DNA of 63,616 bases, filler included, from Nemertoderma westbladi (GCA_032718475.1; 4 parts of 4 records of this genome joined end to end with filler, not necessarily neighbours in it); one strand, 5' to 3'; positions 24,273-37,301 are shown, counted from the first letter of the whole stretch. Numbers and translations are program-made. Notes: generated by a model not told the origin, from the sequence alone.

Positions 24273-25041
24273 CTTTTCCATTGCTTACTGTATTTATTAT
24301 TTATATTATTTTATATTTATTTTATTTGTTTATGTCAAATAATTAGGCATTTTTAATGCACAGCAGACAACCAGGAAATAATTCCAAATTGAAAGTTCTT
24401 GTAGAATAGAATACGAAACTTTATACCGGTAAAACCTTATTAAGTTGCAATGCCATGCGTTTTATTATACAGCTCATTATCAACATTGTTTTAATCGAAA
24501 TTTCAATAATAGTGTTAATTAAAATTAGTTGAAATAATACTGACGGTGTTAATTTACTGTTTTTGATTGAATAAGTAGGCCCTAATCTATTATCTTCCAC
24601 GGTGGCGTAATCACTCATAATGTAGTCAGTACACTTTCATTAAAACTATCATCAAATTCGTTGAATATTGTGTAGTATTTCATATTTCGTTTAGTAACTA
24701 TAGTAACTATATACTGGCACACGAGTGGGGCCTTCGTGCAGCAAAAGCTGCAAGCCATCTTAGCGAACAATTATAATTATACTATGGCTAGTTCAATTCC
24801 TCGAACAACCGCTAACAGTCGCTGAGCAACATCAATTTTGCAGGTGAAACAAGCTGGCAAGTAAAGCTAGAAATACTCAGCGGTTATTGGCTACTGGGAC
24901 TCTATGTTCAAGGAAAGGGCAGTTAATTATTGGGCTTCCGGCAATTATGGCTTCCGAGACACTGACACACACACCCTACACAGTTCGCTGATGGCTCCCA
25001 GTTTTGACTCGCCCCACAGTATGATCTTACTATCGCGGTAT

Positions 25042-25280
25042 AAGACATGTGGGGGGGGGGGGGGGGGGGGGGGGGGGTACAGGGGTACATACCTCGACGC
25101 GTGTAACAGCTGATTACTTTCAAAAATGAAATGTGTAACATCTGTCGTTTATTGTTTTGGTTACAATAACGTGCCACTGTCTGCCCCTTTCCCTTAATTG
25201 ATCATTTGACATTATTATGAGATAATAATTCGCCGAGATGCCCCATCCCCCCCCCCCCCCCCCCCCCCCCCCCGTGTCTC
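25042..25280 (+). mobile_element. G/C-run MITE, copy 3
   Basis: AGACATGTGGGG...CCCCGTGTCTC, flanked by CGCGGTAT/ACCGGTAT. Confidence 0.7.
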
Positions 25281-25914
25281 ACCGGTATTATCAACTAATT
25301 CAAACATTTAATACTGTACACTGTAATGCAATTGTAATATAATATAATTGAATATATGACTGTGTAGGTACTGTAATGTATTATCTAATGTAATCTATTG
25401 CTGTTATATAAGATCCCATTGTATTATTATCTTCTGACTGGAATGTAAGATCTTTCAGTACTTTAAATGTATTGCCGTTTTTTAGGGATTTTACTGATAT
25501 CGATGCTATTTTAAATTTTTTTATGCTTTATAATTAATTGTGCGAAAGATGTTAGTATTCTACGCGGTCTGATCTTGTAGTTAGATAAAATTTATAATAA
25601 TAATAAAACATTATGTATCACAAAAAAACACTAGCTTATATATTTTCTTGATTGGTTATTTAAGTTCAAGTTAATAATAAAGTTAAAGTTCTTCAATGAA
25701 AATTACTACAATTGCAATGATTAGTGTTTAAAAGCATTGGTGTGATGTGATGCCTCTCTTTCACTATTTTGAAAGCACTATTTGATTGTGATGCCTCAAA
25801 CTGCATGGTTGCACCCCTTCCAGGCTTTCCGATTCTCCATAGTTGTCGCAATTTCGTTTCTCTCAAGTTCAGTATCCCTTTCAAGCTACAGTAGGTCTAT
25901 ATGTTATAGCCTGA

Positions 25915-26060
25915 GTCCACGGGTACGCTTTCCATGTGTTGGTTGCCAGAAAAGTAGATCTGACATGACCTCGTCTTTACTTCTCCAGCAGTGCCCACTG
26001 AATCTTAATCTGCGTTCACGGAGGGTGGTTGATACATAAAGGTATTATACCATTGTACTG
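25915..26060 (-). pseudogene. RTE LINE C-terminal fragment (second family)
   Basis: Manual translation VSTTLRERRLRFSGHCWRSKDEVMSDLLFWQPTHGKRTRG. Confidence 0.7.
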
Positions 26061-26087
26061 AATCTATACGACTTGACACTTGAACGG

Positions 26088-26277
26088 AACCGCCTCCGCT
26101 TTATTGCTTTCGCCGTGAGGACCAGCCAGTGCATAATCTGATGCGGATAATCTAGCAAAGGTCATGGGTGATAGGGAGTTGTGGCGGCGCAATTTTGTCG
26201 ACAAGCCGGCACAGCATTCGTAATATATACTGTATGTAATATATATATAATGCAGCTGCAATGCAGCATGCAGATCG
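26088..26277 (+). mobile_element. Internally deleted 3' fragment of the RTE family at 2288-3658
   Basis: Matches 3386-3441 and 3531-3650. Confidence 0.8.
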
Positions 26278-26689
26278 TAATACAGTCCCTATCTCATTCT
26301 AGATACAGTTTCTCAAACTGGGTACCATTTCTCTTATCCAACTCTTACTAACTCAAACCTGTCTGGGTTACTCAAACCCAAACTCGCATAACCCCCCACT
26401 GTAGCATTCATACAGCAAGCTGTGTGTTTAATGGCCAACTCTCTTCGGTTAACTGTATCTTCACAGACAGAGCCAGTGGGGTTTAGTTAAAAACATTAAC
26501 ACTGCATGCCGACCTGCCCAGCATATGTAATTCAACCCATTAAGTCGAGAGCCCAAGCTACAGACAGAGTCCCCTTCCATCATGTCGTGTCTCACTCAAC
26601 CAGAGTAATTAAATTACACATCCCGTACACATACACATTTAATTAATGTCATTTAATTTGCATAATATGCAATATTAGATAATAATACA

Positions 26690-26890
26690 AGACAAGGGGG
26701 GGGGGGGGGGGGGAACTGGACGCATTTCCCATCTTGGCGAATTAATATCCCGCCTCAATGTTAAATTCTCAATTTAGGGAAAGGAGCAGGTTACAATGGC
26801 ACGTTATTTTAGCCAAAACAATAAACTAAACACAATAGAACAGGTTACAGTTTTATTTTTAGATTAATCAGCTGTTATTTGCGTCCAATC
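26690..26890 (-). mobile_element. G/C-run MITE, copy 4 (partial, inverted)
   Basis: Reverse complement of the 1296-1574 core. Confidence 0.7.
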
Positions 26891-27106
26891 AGCAATAATG
26901 TGCAATATTCAATATTCGACAATATGCAATGGTGTGCGTGTGTGTGCCCTTATGGTTTTTCAATTTCCTTATGTTTGTTATTTTTTCTTATTTTGTTCTT
27001 GTTATGTGTTTTTATAAATGAGGATTTTACTGTTTTTATTCAGTCAATTGAAATTGTAATATTGAATTTTCAGAATTTTTGCCAGGAATTAACAGATTAA
27101 TACAGT

Positions 27107-27581
27107 GGCTGATCTTTTGCCAATTAATTAATTTCTTATTATTTTTTCAGAAGTTCTCCATGACGTCATAATTTATGGTCGACCAAAAAATAATTTATGG
27201 ACGAACAAAAATTAATTTATGGGCGACCAAAAATTGATTTATGGTCGACCAAAAATTAATTTCTGGAAGTTTGAATTTCCCGGTCGGTACCTTGTACAGC
27301 GAGATTTCGACAGGCCAATCATTGGTTTCTTTAAATAATTACATTCAAATAAACGTGCAATTGGATGGTTTCCACTACCCTAACCAATGAATGGCCAGTC
27401 CAAATCTCGACCTACAAGTTACCGGGAAATTCAAACTACCAGGAATTAATTGATGGTCAACCATAAATTAATAACTTTTGGTCGACCGTAAATTAATTTA
27501 TGGTCGAACATAAATTATGATGTCATGGAAAACTTCCGAAAAAAAAGTAAAAAAAAATTAATTAATTAGCAAAGATCAGCC
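27107..27581. mobile_element. Foldback/palindromic MITE (~475 bp)
   Basis: GGCTGATC...GATCAGCC ends. The arms are inverted along almost the full length, with internal AATTTATGGTCGACCA repeats. Confidence 0.75.
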
Positions 27582-27863
27582 AAAATATGCCATATTATTA
27601 CAATAAGATAAGAAGCATTTTTTTGTCCTACCCCTTAAATTTTTTTCAATTCCAAAAAATGTTCAATGAATAACCCCCTATTGTTGGATTATATTGATTA
27701 TTCATTCAAAAAACGTGTTAAAGTAGCCCCAAAACCTGGGGCAACATGGAAAAACGTTGGTATAAAATATAAAAATATAAAAGATATAAAAAAAGGCTAC
27801 TGGTACCCAACAAGCCAGAGGTTATGGGGTACATATTTACGGAAGCCCACAACTGTCAAGGAC

Positions 27864-29990
27864 AAAACATTAATACAACTTGGACGCAATTAAATAAATT
27901 TCATACAAAGCCATAGAAAGCATGCCATTTCAAAATTCATCAGGGCATTTTGCCCTGAGGGCAGTTTGCCCTGTCATTTCAAAATTCAGGGGGCATTTTG
28001 CCCTGAGGGCAGTTTGCCTTGCCATTTCAAAATTCAGGGGGCATTTTGCTCTGGAGGGCATTTTGCCCTGAGCGGCTGAGCGCATTTATTAGGAATATTA
28101 CTGCTCTCATGTATATGACCATCCTTGCTGCCCATTACTAACTAACAGATTACCGTGGTATGGTAGTGGTTGGCCTATAACTGTATAATGTCTGAAACTA
28201 ATCAGGAGCATACTAAAAGGCTGGCAGATGCGTTATTGCGGAAATGCATACGGTATTGTCTGTCTCGTCGACCTCGTAGCCACATCGGTATAGAGGATCT
28301 AGTTGAAATAAACTGGTTACCAATACGGGAACGTGTTCAGCAAATAATACTAACACATATGTTTCGTATTCGTAACCACCAATCCCCAGCCTACCTGCAG
28401 GACTTGGTTACCTTCTCGGACAGCTCTGCTCGTTTACGTAGTGGGGTTTCTCAGGCTGTTGTCCCCTTCCACCGCACAACAGTTGGTTGTGAATCTTTCG
28501 CTCATCAGGGACCAGTTCTATGGAATGCGTTGCCATCGGACATAAAAAACGCCCCAACAATTGAGACCTTTAAACACAAAGTTAAATCATACTTGCTTAA
28601 CAAACTGATCGAGGAGGAAAACTCTATATATGCCTAAAGGTTATGACATAAACTCTTATGCTTTAAGATTGTTTTTAAGATAATACCTATTTCATGTATA
28701 TACAGTACGTTTTTATTTTATTTTATGTTTTTATTTTATTTATGTTCTTATTTTATTTTACGAGGAGGGGATAACCGAAGGGAGGAAAACTCCTTGCTAA
28801 AAGTTATGAGTGAAACTCCTACGCCCAGAATATTTTAACTTAATGGATATTAATTAGTCATGGTTATTAGTAATATTTATATTTATTCGCCTAATTGTGT
28901 TTTATATTATTTAGTTCTTCCTAAATTATCGCAATTCGACTTAAAATTTGCAATAATGTACATATGTAACATACTACAATACTATATGTATCAACTTCAT
29001 AGAACCATTATCGATTTTAATATTTCCTGATATAGTGAGGACCCTCATGAAAACGAGACATAGTCTCATGGGGTTATCCTCGATGGCAAATCACTGCTCA
29101 ATTCTGTAATTAAGTCTTAGTATATATAATATATGCATTGTGTATTTATAATTTCTAACTTAACGCGGTAAACTTATCATAAATAACTACAGTACATAAT
29201 ATTTTTAGTAAGACAATAGAAATAAATACAGTTCATAAAATATAGATTTTATTGGTGTCGAACGTTTTTATAATTATTCTGTTGTTGTTTCTTTTATTTA
29301 TACCTTGCACCTCGTATCCACTGTCTTCGTATGGTCCTAAATCCCTTATCATAATTACAATAATTTTTAGTAAAATTTCAATATTTTTTATAGTTGCTGC
29401 ACTTACACCTTTCATCTCGTATCGGTCCGTATCTCGTGTTGTTGGCCCAAAATCCTGAAATAGAAATGTCTTACCATATTTATGTTGTAAATGGTGTTTA
29501 AAATTTATTGAAGGTCATTTTATTTAGGCATGATTTAAACGGACAATAAAAATTATTGCGTTTTATTTATCTATGTTTGTTTTGTACTGTTTTCCGTTAA
29601 AATACATTTTCTAGGACATGTTGAATACCATACTGTACATTGGTTTGTTGCCTTTACCTTTTCCTTACACTTCATATGTTATATTTTAATGCTATCTTTA
29701 GTGCTTGTTTTTTAACTGATTTAATGTCAAATAAAAAAATTCCAATTCCATATAATTACTGTAGGTATTACTTCAGTAGTGGCTTTGATTATAAGGAAAT
29801 ACTGCCATACTGGTATTCTTCCTGGTCAAGGTAGCAGCAGTCTGACCAGTTGTCATATACATTAGGCCTATAAATGCCCCCAGGGCAAAATGCCCCCAGG
29901 GCAAAATGCCCTGATGAATTTTGAAATGGCATGCTTTCTATGGTTTTGTATGAAATTTATTTAATTGCGTCCAAGTTTTATTAATGTTTT
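27864..29990. mobile_element. TIR element remnant (inverted arms ~27864-27965 and ~29880-29990 with GGGCATTTTGCCC subrepeats) containing a LINE fragment
   Basis: About 100 bp of near-perfect inverted match. No TSD identified. Confidence 0.6.
28170..29230 (+). pseudogene. 3' fragment of an L2/CR1-group (Crack/Daphne-like) LINE with 3' UTR
   Basis: WLPIRERV..SPAYL..SFAHQGPVLWNALPSDIK..FKHKVKSYL C-terminus, a 3' UTR stem-loop GAGGACCC..GGGTTATCCTC at ~29037-29081, and an AATAAA-rich end. Confidence 0.75.
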
Positions 29991-30959
29991 AAAAACGAAT
30001 CGGCGCCGGTTTTTATTTTTGGGAGCGCCACGCGCCAAAGCCGGCGCGCTTTACGATTTTCAAGCGCGCCAGGCGCCACAGTGGCGCGCTTTTATTGCAA
30101 AGTGCGCCGGATTAATCCGGCGCAAAGTGTATGGATTCCAGTCTGGGTTCAACGTAACCCTACAGCCCTATACCCTACCGGTAGGCATAAACCTTTTAAC
30201 TGATAAACGTAAACCGATTATTACAGTCAGTTCAGTACAGTAACAGGTGTCTAGGGCTGTACAGCTGTGTAGCAGCTAGCAGGTAGGGTCTTTATAATTA
30301 TGTTGAATGTTGCTAGGAAACTGGTAAAGGAAAAGTGTACAGTACATAATGATAATGTATATAGTTTTTAAATGTGATGTTTGCCCTAAACGAACAGACG
30401 AAAGAAATATAAAAGAGGAATTAGCCCAAAAAAAAGGGTTTGTCTTTTTGCCGTATGTGTACGTATTTGAAAGAGTTCCCGTAGCCTACCGTAGGCTACC
30501 GTATGTGGGACGTTTTTGCCCGTATTCAGGATGCAGTAGTCAGTGCACTGCAGCACTACTGCACTATGGCTAAATCTCACGGTACTGTACCTGGCCTATT
30601 TATCCATGTTTATAGACCTGTACTTACAGTACAGGTAAATAATACAGCGAGCCGGCTGTACTGTGCTAAGATTATACAGCTCGGGCTTTGTGGGGTGAGC
30701 CAAGACGTTGCCGGAGCCTTAGTGAACTGACAATGTTAGGGGTGGGACAATAGACAGTGACAAATAGTTGTTGACGCCGCGACGTAGCCTTCGTTACGAT
30801 CTGACATGCTAATAACTTTGTCGGATTTAAAGCCGTGTCGTGTTGAAAATTTGTTGGCATTATTACAGGACCAAAAGGTGAGATTTTTTAAAAACTTAAG
30901 AAACCCAGTTCATCAGTCTCCAACATGTCTAAACATTAAATGTCCTCCAATTTCTTTGC

Positions 30960-31535
30960 GTTTAATCCGTACAAGCTGAAACTTGGCAGATGTGTACTAG
31001 ACCATTAGCTGTGGCATTCAAAGGGGGCTAACCAGTCTATAGTTCTCTTGTCTTCCGCTAGAGAGCGAAATGCCTGAAAGTGAAATTATTGACCCATTCC
31101 GTTATTTATGATCCATACAAGCTGAAAGTTGTCATATGTGCTAGAACACATCCGTGATCACATCCGTAGAACACACACGTGGTTTCTGTAATCGGTCAGT
31201 CTGCAGTTTTCCAGTATGTCGCTAGAGGGCGAAATGTATGGAAGTATTAACCGTCCAGTTCCTTTGATCTTAATCTGCTTAAAGCCGAATCTTGGCAAAT
31301 ATGTACCAGACCACATGGTTCGTCTGTGTGAAGAATTTGATCGGATCTCAGTTCTCCAGTTTGCCGCTAGAGGTTGAAATGTCTGAAAGTGAAAACTTTC
31401 TCTCATTAGGTTATTTTCTATCCATTCAAGCTGATACTTGGCAGACATGCTAGACCGTAGACCATACATAGGTAGCTTCTTTGTTGGGATGGTATTCTCT
31501 CGGCAGTTCTCCAGTCCACCGCTAGTGGGCTGAAA
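30960..31535 (+). repeat. Four degenerate ~150-bp units (AAGCTGAAACTTGGCA / CCGCTAGAGGGCG motifs), probably Helitron-related
   Basis: The motif recurs at ~30970, 31113, 31278 and 31422. A similar GCTGGAACTTGGCA lies inside the Helitron unit at ~43692. Confidence 0.55.
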
Positions 31536-31620
31536 TTAAACATTTTAGATATGTGTGAAATTAAAACGTCAGCCCTTTCGTATTATTGTTTATATTCCTT
31601 TTCCTGATACCTGGCACATA

Positions 31621-31915
31621 GGTCACACCTTGGTGTAGTGCAGTACTGGTTACATGGAATTCACATCTCTAGTAGGTCGTGGGTACAATCCACGCATGGG
31701 CCAGGGCAGTTTTCGTTTCGGTATGAATGCTTTAAAGGGACCAGCCAGGGCGCATCTCTGCCTTGCATCCTTAAGTCTGTAAGTGGTAGCTAAATGAGTA
31801 CTGGAGTTTCCTCTGGGGAGTAAAGTTCTGGGGGGACCGCACTGGAAAGAAGTCGCCAGAGTTTGTGCGTATTCCCTGGCCTAATAGTCGAAGAAAATGT
31901 AGGCCTGCTTTTTAT
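31621..31915 (+). mobile_element. tRNA-derived SINE (degenerate)
   Basis: A-box-like TGGTGTAGTG and B-box-like GGTACAATCC about 50 bp apart, a central AAATGAGTAC..CTGGGGAGTAAAG block, and a T/TA-rich tail. Confidence 0.55.
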
Positions 31916-32219
31916 ATATTCTAGACCTCTTATTACATTTATATATATTCTAGACCTCAGACTGAGTTTTTGGGAAATCTTAAATCGATTGCAATTACTC
32001 AGTCAGCCTCTATGTGATATTGTGACTAGGAGACATGTTTACATTTTGCAAATCTTTCTTTCGAGTTAACATTTAACATAAGTTCAAGTCACGTGCTGCG
32101 CGAAGGCCCCACTTCGTGCTATACTAGACTGGGCAATTCAACTTTCAGCCATCACCGAACAGTATAATAATTATTATGATTATTTCATAATAATTATTAT
32201 CATTATATTTCATAATAAT

Positions 32220-32699
32220 GGGTCCTACGAATTACCCCAAAATACCCCAAAACACTCCAAAATACTCCAAAATACCCCAAAATAGTCAAAAATTACCCCA
32301 AAATACCCCAAAAAGGCTAAAAAATTACCCCAAAATACCCCAAAATAATCTAACAATGGTTTTTAACAGCGAGGGAAAGGAGCAGGTTACAGTGGCAAGT
32401 TTTTTTAACCAAAACAATAAACGAGAGTGAAGAAAAAAATTTTAATTATTTTGGGGTAATTCGTCATTATTTTGGGGTAATTCGTCATTTTACCATATTT
32501 TGGGGTAAATTAAATTTCCAAAACAAAGGCTCAAAAAAAAGTATTTTGGGGTAATTCTAAACTATTTTGGGGTATTTTGGGGTAATTCTAAACTATTTTG
32601 GGGTATTTTGGGGTAGTTTTATACTATTTTGGGGTCTTTTGGGGTGTTTTGGGGTATTTTGGGGTGTTTTGGGGTATTTTGGGGTAATTCGTAGGACCG
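32220..32699. mobile_element. MITE whose TIRs are arrays of CCCCAAAATA / TATTTTGGGG decamers
   Basis: GGTCCTACGAATTACCCC...GGGGTAATTCGTAGGACC, flanked by ATAATAAT on both sides. Confidence 0.8.
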
Positions 32700-33867
32700 A
32701 TAATAATTATTATCATCATTTCATAATAATTATTATCATTATTTTATAATAATGATAAATAATAGAAAATATCCTTGAAAAAAGAAAATAAAACTCGCAG
32801 AGAATTTCCAAACCCCTGGTACCGGGAGCATAGAACACGTAGTATAAAAACACTTAAAACAGGCCAGGTTGCCAGGTACAGTACCGTTAGCGGTAAGCAG
32901 TGCACTGATTCTGCTTCCTGAATACGGGCAAATACGTCCCACATACGGTAGCCTACGGTAGGCTACGGGAACTCTTTCAAATACGTACACATACGGCAAA
33001 AAGACGAACCCCAAAAAAAAGCAGGTAGGGGAGGGTCTAGGCTGAGGCTGTGCCTAAGGTGTAAGGTCTGAAGGTTGCGTACAAGTACTGCTGTACTGCT
33101 GGCAGTACTGGAGGTGGAGCTCTGGAGCTGGAGTACGATTGCAGAGTTCAGGAGTTGGAGTTACAGACAGACAGATGAGAAGATTTAGGGTTAGGGCACA
33201 TCACCTGAGCACAGACCACTACCAGACTACAGCAGTACAGGCCACAGTCAGACAGTCCAGCAGTCAGACTGGTCAGACAGACTGACTGAGACAGTCAGAC
33301 AATACTGCAGTCAGGCAGTAGGCCCTACTGCAGTCAGCAGTAGGCCTATAACTGTATAATAATATTTATAGGCCTAATTAATAACCAATACGGCAATACT
33401 GCAATAACTGCTGAACTGCAGTTGCAGAACCTGTGAACTGTAGACTGGTAGCTGGGTAGATGTTATCTCGTACTGTTGTAATACAGGCAGACAGGGTAAT
33501 AGCAGGCCTACCAGCCACCAGCCTACTGGAATAATACTGTACCGGTCTGCCGGTACTGAATCAGTCGGGCACTTTGTCTACTTTGTCAATATTGACATGT
33601 TCCATGTCAATATTGACATGTTTTGATCATAAATTTTTTAAATATTGTGAATATCTGAATATTGTGATTTGAAAAGTAAAAAATGTTTTTTTGTAAAGAG
33701 AATATCTATTTTAATTAAAATACCTATTGTTGAATCCAACCAATGTCAGAATGTAGGCCTATATTGTTGTTTGTAATAATTTTAATGATATGTTTTATTG
33801 CATGTCAATATTGACATGAACGCTGGGTTCTTATGTTCATTTCACCCCCACCAAATCTATATAGAGG

Positions 33868-34835
33868 AGAGGCCTTCGCGCAGCATCACAAATAGTCACC
33901 TACTGAAACGAGCTGTTAAAACGCTTTACTTTTGAAACTCAGAAACTATTTAAGCCTTCGCGCAGCATGTTAAATACTGAAAAGGAGCTGCTAAAACTGT
34001 TCAGAGTCCTTTGTGCAGCATGATAAATGCCGAAAAAGTTAAAAGGCCTTCGTGGCTTCGTGCAGCATGAGAAATACTGAAACGATCTGATAAAACTGTT
34101 CAGAGTCCTTCATGCAGTATGATAAATGCTGAAAATAACATTTGAAGTTGTTCAGAGGGCTTCGTGCAATATGAGAATGCCGAAAATAGCTCTTTAAACT
34201 TTTCAGAGGCCTTCATGCAGCATGATAAATGCTGAAAAGGGCTGATGAAACTGCTAAAAGGCCTTCATGCATCATGATAAATACCGAAAATAACTGGAAA
34301 AAACTGTTCAGAGTCCTTCATGCAGCATGATAAATGCTGAAAATAACATTTGAAGTTGTTCAGAGGGCTTCGTGCAATATGAGAATGCCGAAAATAGCTC
34401 TTGAAACTTTTCAGAGGCCTTCATGCAGCATGATAAATGCTGAAAAGGGCTGTTGAAACTGCTAAAAGGCCTTCATGCAGCATGAGAAATACTGAAAAGA
34501 TCTGATAAAACTGTTCAGAGTCCTCAAAGGCATCATGATAAATGCTGAAAATAACATTTGAAGATGTTCAGAGGACTTCGTGCAATATGAGAATGCCGAA
34601 AATAGCTGTCGAATCTGTTCAGAGGCCTTCGTGCAGCATGAGAAATGCTGAAAAGAGCTGTTGAAGCTGTTAAAAGCCGTCACGTGCAGCATGAGAAATA
34701 CTGAAAAGAACTCTAAACTGTTCAGAATCCTTCATGCAGCATGGTGAATGCTGAAAAGAACAGTTGAAATTGTTCCAAGGGCTTCGTGCAACTTGAGAAA
34801 TGTTGAAAATAGCTGTTAGAACTGTTCACACACCT
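33868..34835. repeat. 52-bp satellite (~18 monomers) with a 4-mer higher-order repeat (~208 bp)
   Basis: Monomer CAGAGGCCTTCATGCAGCATGATAAATGCTGAAAAG... Higher-order units start at 34101, 34309 and 34516. Confidence 0.88.
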
Positions 34836-34894
34836 TCATACATTCAGACAGTACTGCAGTAGTAGGGTATTCTGGTGTTGCTGTGTTCAGCAAC

Positions 34895-35945
34895 AACAAC
34901 TCCCTATTCCCCATGACATTTGCTAGATCATCCGCATCTTCAAGGCCAGTGTCCTTTAAGATGCGTCTCAAGAATGTCATGGGCTGTCCACCATGCTTAT
35001 TCACTCCATGAGGCTGCCAAAGTACAAGATTATGCACTGGCTAGTCCTCACGCCGAAAGCAATGTCCTGCAAAGCGGAGGCGACTTTGTTCTAGTGTCAA
35101 GCTTGGGGGAACCAATGAGACACCTCCAATGTTATATAGTGTCTGGTTGTAGATGTGTGCATACCATCCTTTGAGCTTATGCTCATCCGGTCAGAAACTT
35201 GCTGAGGACTTTCAAAGTTAACTGTCAACATTTTTGTCTTTCTGGAGTTAATAAAAAGACCAACACTAGAAGCAGCCTGTTCTAATGAGCGGAGGAGCCG
35301 TTGGGCTCCCTGCCTCTAGTGATTCTGAGAGTACTCCTAAGTCATCAGCGAAGTCTAGATCAGTTACATTCTAACTTCTGGAGCCAGTAGGTGGAGTTAT
35401 CATCACCCCATCATCATTTTGATGATCTAAGGACATGCGTAGAACATAGTCAACAACAATTATGATATTATGAACAAGAATGGTGCAAGTGTGTCTCCCT
35501 GGAGGACGCCCCATAACAAATGGTTCTGTGTCACCGTCAACAGTAGACACAAATGTTGTCGAACCATCGTATACTGATCTGATTGCTGCAATAATTTCAT
35601 CAGGAATCCCATATAATGAAAGTATGCTGAACATACGTGAGCGAGAGACTGAATCAAAGGCCTTGAAGAAGTCAACAAAGATAACAGCCAGATGCCTGTC
35701 TTTCGATTTTGATGACTCTTCAATTATCCTTCTAAGTGCCAAAATGGGCTCCATGGTCCCACGACCTTTACGGAACCCATTCTGATTTCCACGGAGCAGT
35801 CTCTCAATGGGATCCCTGATGCGATTTTTAATAGAATTCTATTATATAGCTTTGCAGCAATCGAGATTAATGAGATTCCCCGAAAAGGACCATAGAGTGT
35901 TAGGTTGCCCTTCTTGGGAACTGGCACCAACTTATTTCTTTTCAT
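34895..35945 (-). pseudogene. Second copy of the RTE family (internally deleted)
   Basis: Near-identical to 2288-3570, and extends further 5' with LVPVPKKGNL..FRGISLISIAAKLYNRILL. Confidence 0.9.
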
Positions 35946-36044
35946 TTCTTGTGGGACTCTTGTTATTCGGTACCCTTAACATTACATTTATGGTTACTTA
36001 TCTTTAACATCTGTTTATAAACTGGTAGTCTAGTATCATGCTGG

Positions 36045-36985
36045 AAAAATAGCCTAATGAAAGAATTGTTTAAAGGGAAAGGTTCTCGAGAGCTAACTGA
36101 TAACCTGATAAACTGATAACCAGCTTGGTAGAATGGCGCCTACGGGAATTCCTTCACTGCCATATTCCCAAGGAACAATACGGATTTATGCCCGGGCGAT
36201 CAACTCAACAGCCACTTCAAGAATTTATAGCAAGAATTAATGAAAAACTGTCTACCCCTAGGAAACCACTATATGCAGCTTTTACGGCAATCTCAGAGAT
36301 TTTTACAAGCCGTTAAAGATTATAAATTCCTACACATATCCCACTTTATTATCTTTCTCGCGCCATTTTATAAATACAGCGCCTAAATCTCTTCAAGCCG
36401 TTCATTCAATTAATAACCCACGATCCCTATCGCTAAATAAATGCAGCTATAAAACTCTTCAAGATTAAACTCAAACCAATCACATCATACGGACTACTTG
36501 CAATAGGGCCCTCCCACCTCCCTACTGCCCTATCAGCTGCAAACTTTCATTCAATAGATAAGATAAAATCGACATTTCTAAAACGCACACTGGGTGTTCA
36601 CAAATCAACTCTAAACAGACTTCTTCTAGCAGTGTGCTGTCAAAAAACTTTGCCAATTGAACTCAAGATGGATTTGAATGTGCCAATCACGTATCAATTT
36701 GCGCTATATCTGTTGAAAAATTAGCTGAGATCCCACCCGACTTCTGGACAACACCAGTAGGCCTATTCCAGAACAATGAATTCATGGACACTTTCAAACT
36801 CTAACACCCGCCACATAGTAACAAGATATTTTCAGCCCATGGGTTCCCCCACTGCATTTGTAAAAATAAATCATTCCACAGCACTACTATTGACTGTATT
36901 TGCGGTCTTTGCGGGAGCACAGCCACCACACACCACCTACTAGATTGCAACAGATCCACAACGACAAGCCACTATCATTCTGGGC
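36045..36985 (+). pseudogene. Highly degraded non-LTR retrotransposon (RT N-part and C-terminal Cys/His motif)
   Basis: IPKEQYGFMPGRST..PLYAAF, followed by manually translated KSTFLKRTLGVHKST and CICGLCGSTATTHHLLDC. Confidence 0.65.
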
Positions 36986-37301
36986 GAGGTAATTTTTTTA
37001 AATTTATTTTGTCTGTTTATTTTATTCAAACTTTTATCATACATTTTATTGCAGAAATTACCAGTTTCTAATTTTATTGCTTTATTGTTAATGTTTTGCT
37101 TGTTGTGCCGAGTCCCGGCTTATTTCCGATTTTATATAATATGATATGAATTAATAAAAATAGATATAATACTGTAATAATATCAGAATATCGAAAATAG
37201 CAGTAACGGTACTAACACTAATATTAATATTATAACAGTATAACATCGTGATACCTGGACAGCTGGATACCAGTTTCGGTTTCACGGGACCGGAAATCGG
37301 G

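Larger units (their letters stand above)
30436..33011. mobile_element. MULE-like non-autonomous element (2.6 kb, ~160-bp TIRs) with nested repeats
   Basis: GGGTTTGTC...GACGAACCC ends, mirror ORFs GFVFLPYVYVFERVPVAYRRLPYVGR on both strands, and a perfect 9-bp TSD CAAAAAAAA. Confidence 0.88.

Noticed and set aside
23518-24342. Pair of near-identical small ORFs on opposite strands
   Set aside because: They are translations of the TIRs of a MITE. The same applies to 30349-30573 and 32739-33014.
31621-31700. tRNA gene
   Set aside because: The A/B boxes are degenerate, no cloverleaf can be drawn, and it continues into a SINE-like body.
33182-33196. TTAGGG telomeric seed
   Set aside because: Only two units, which is expected by chance.
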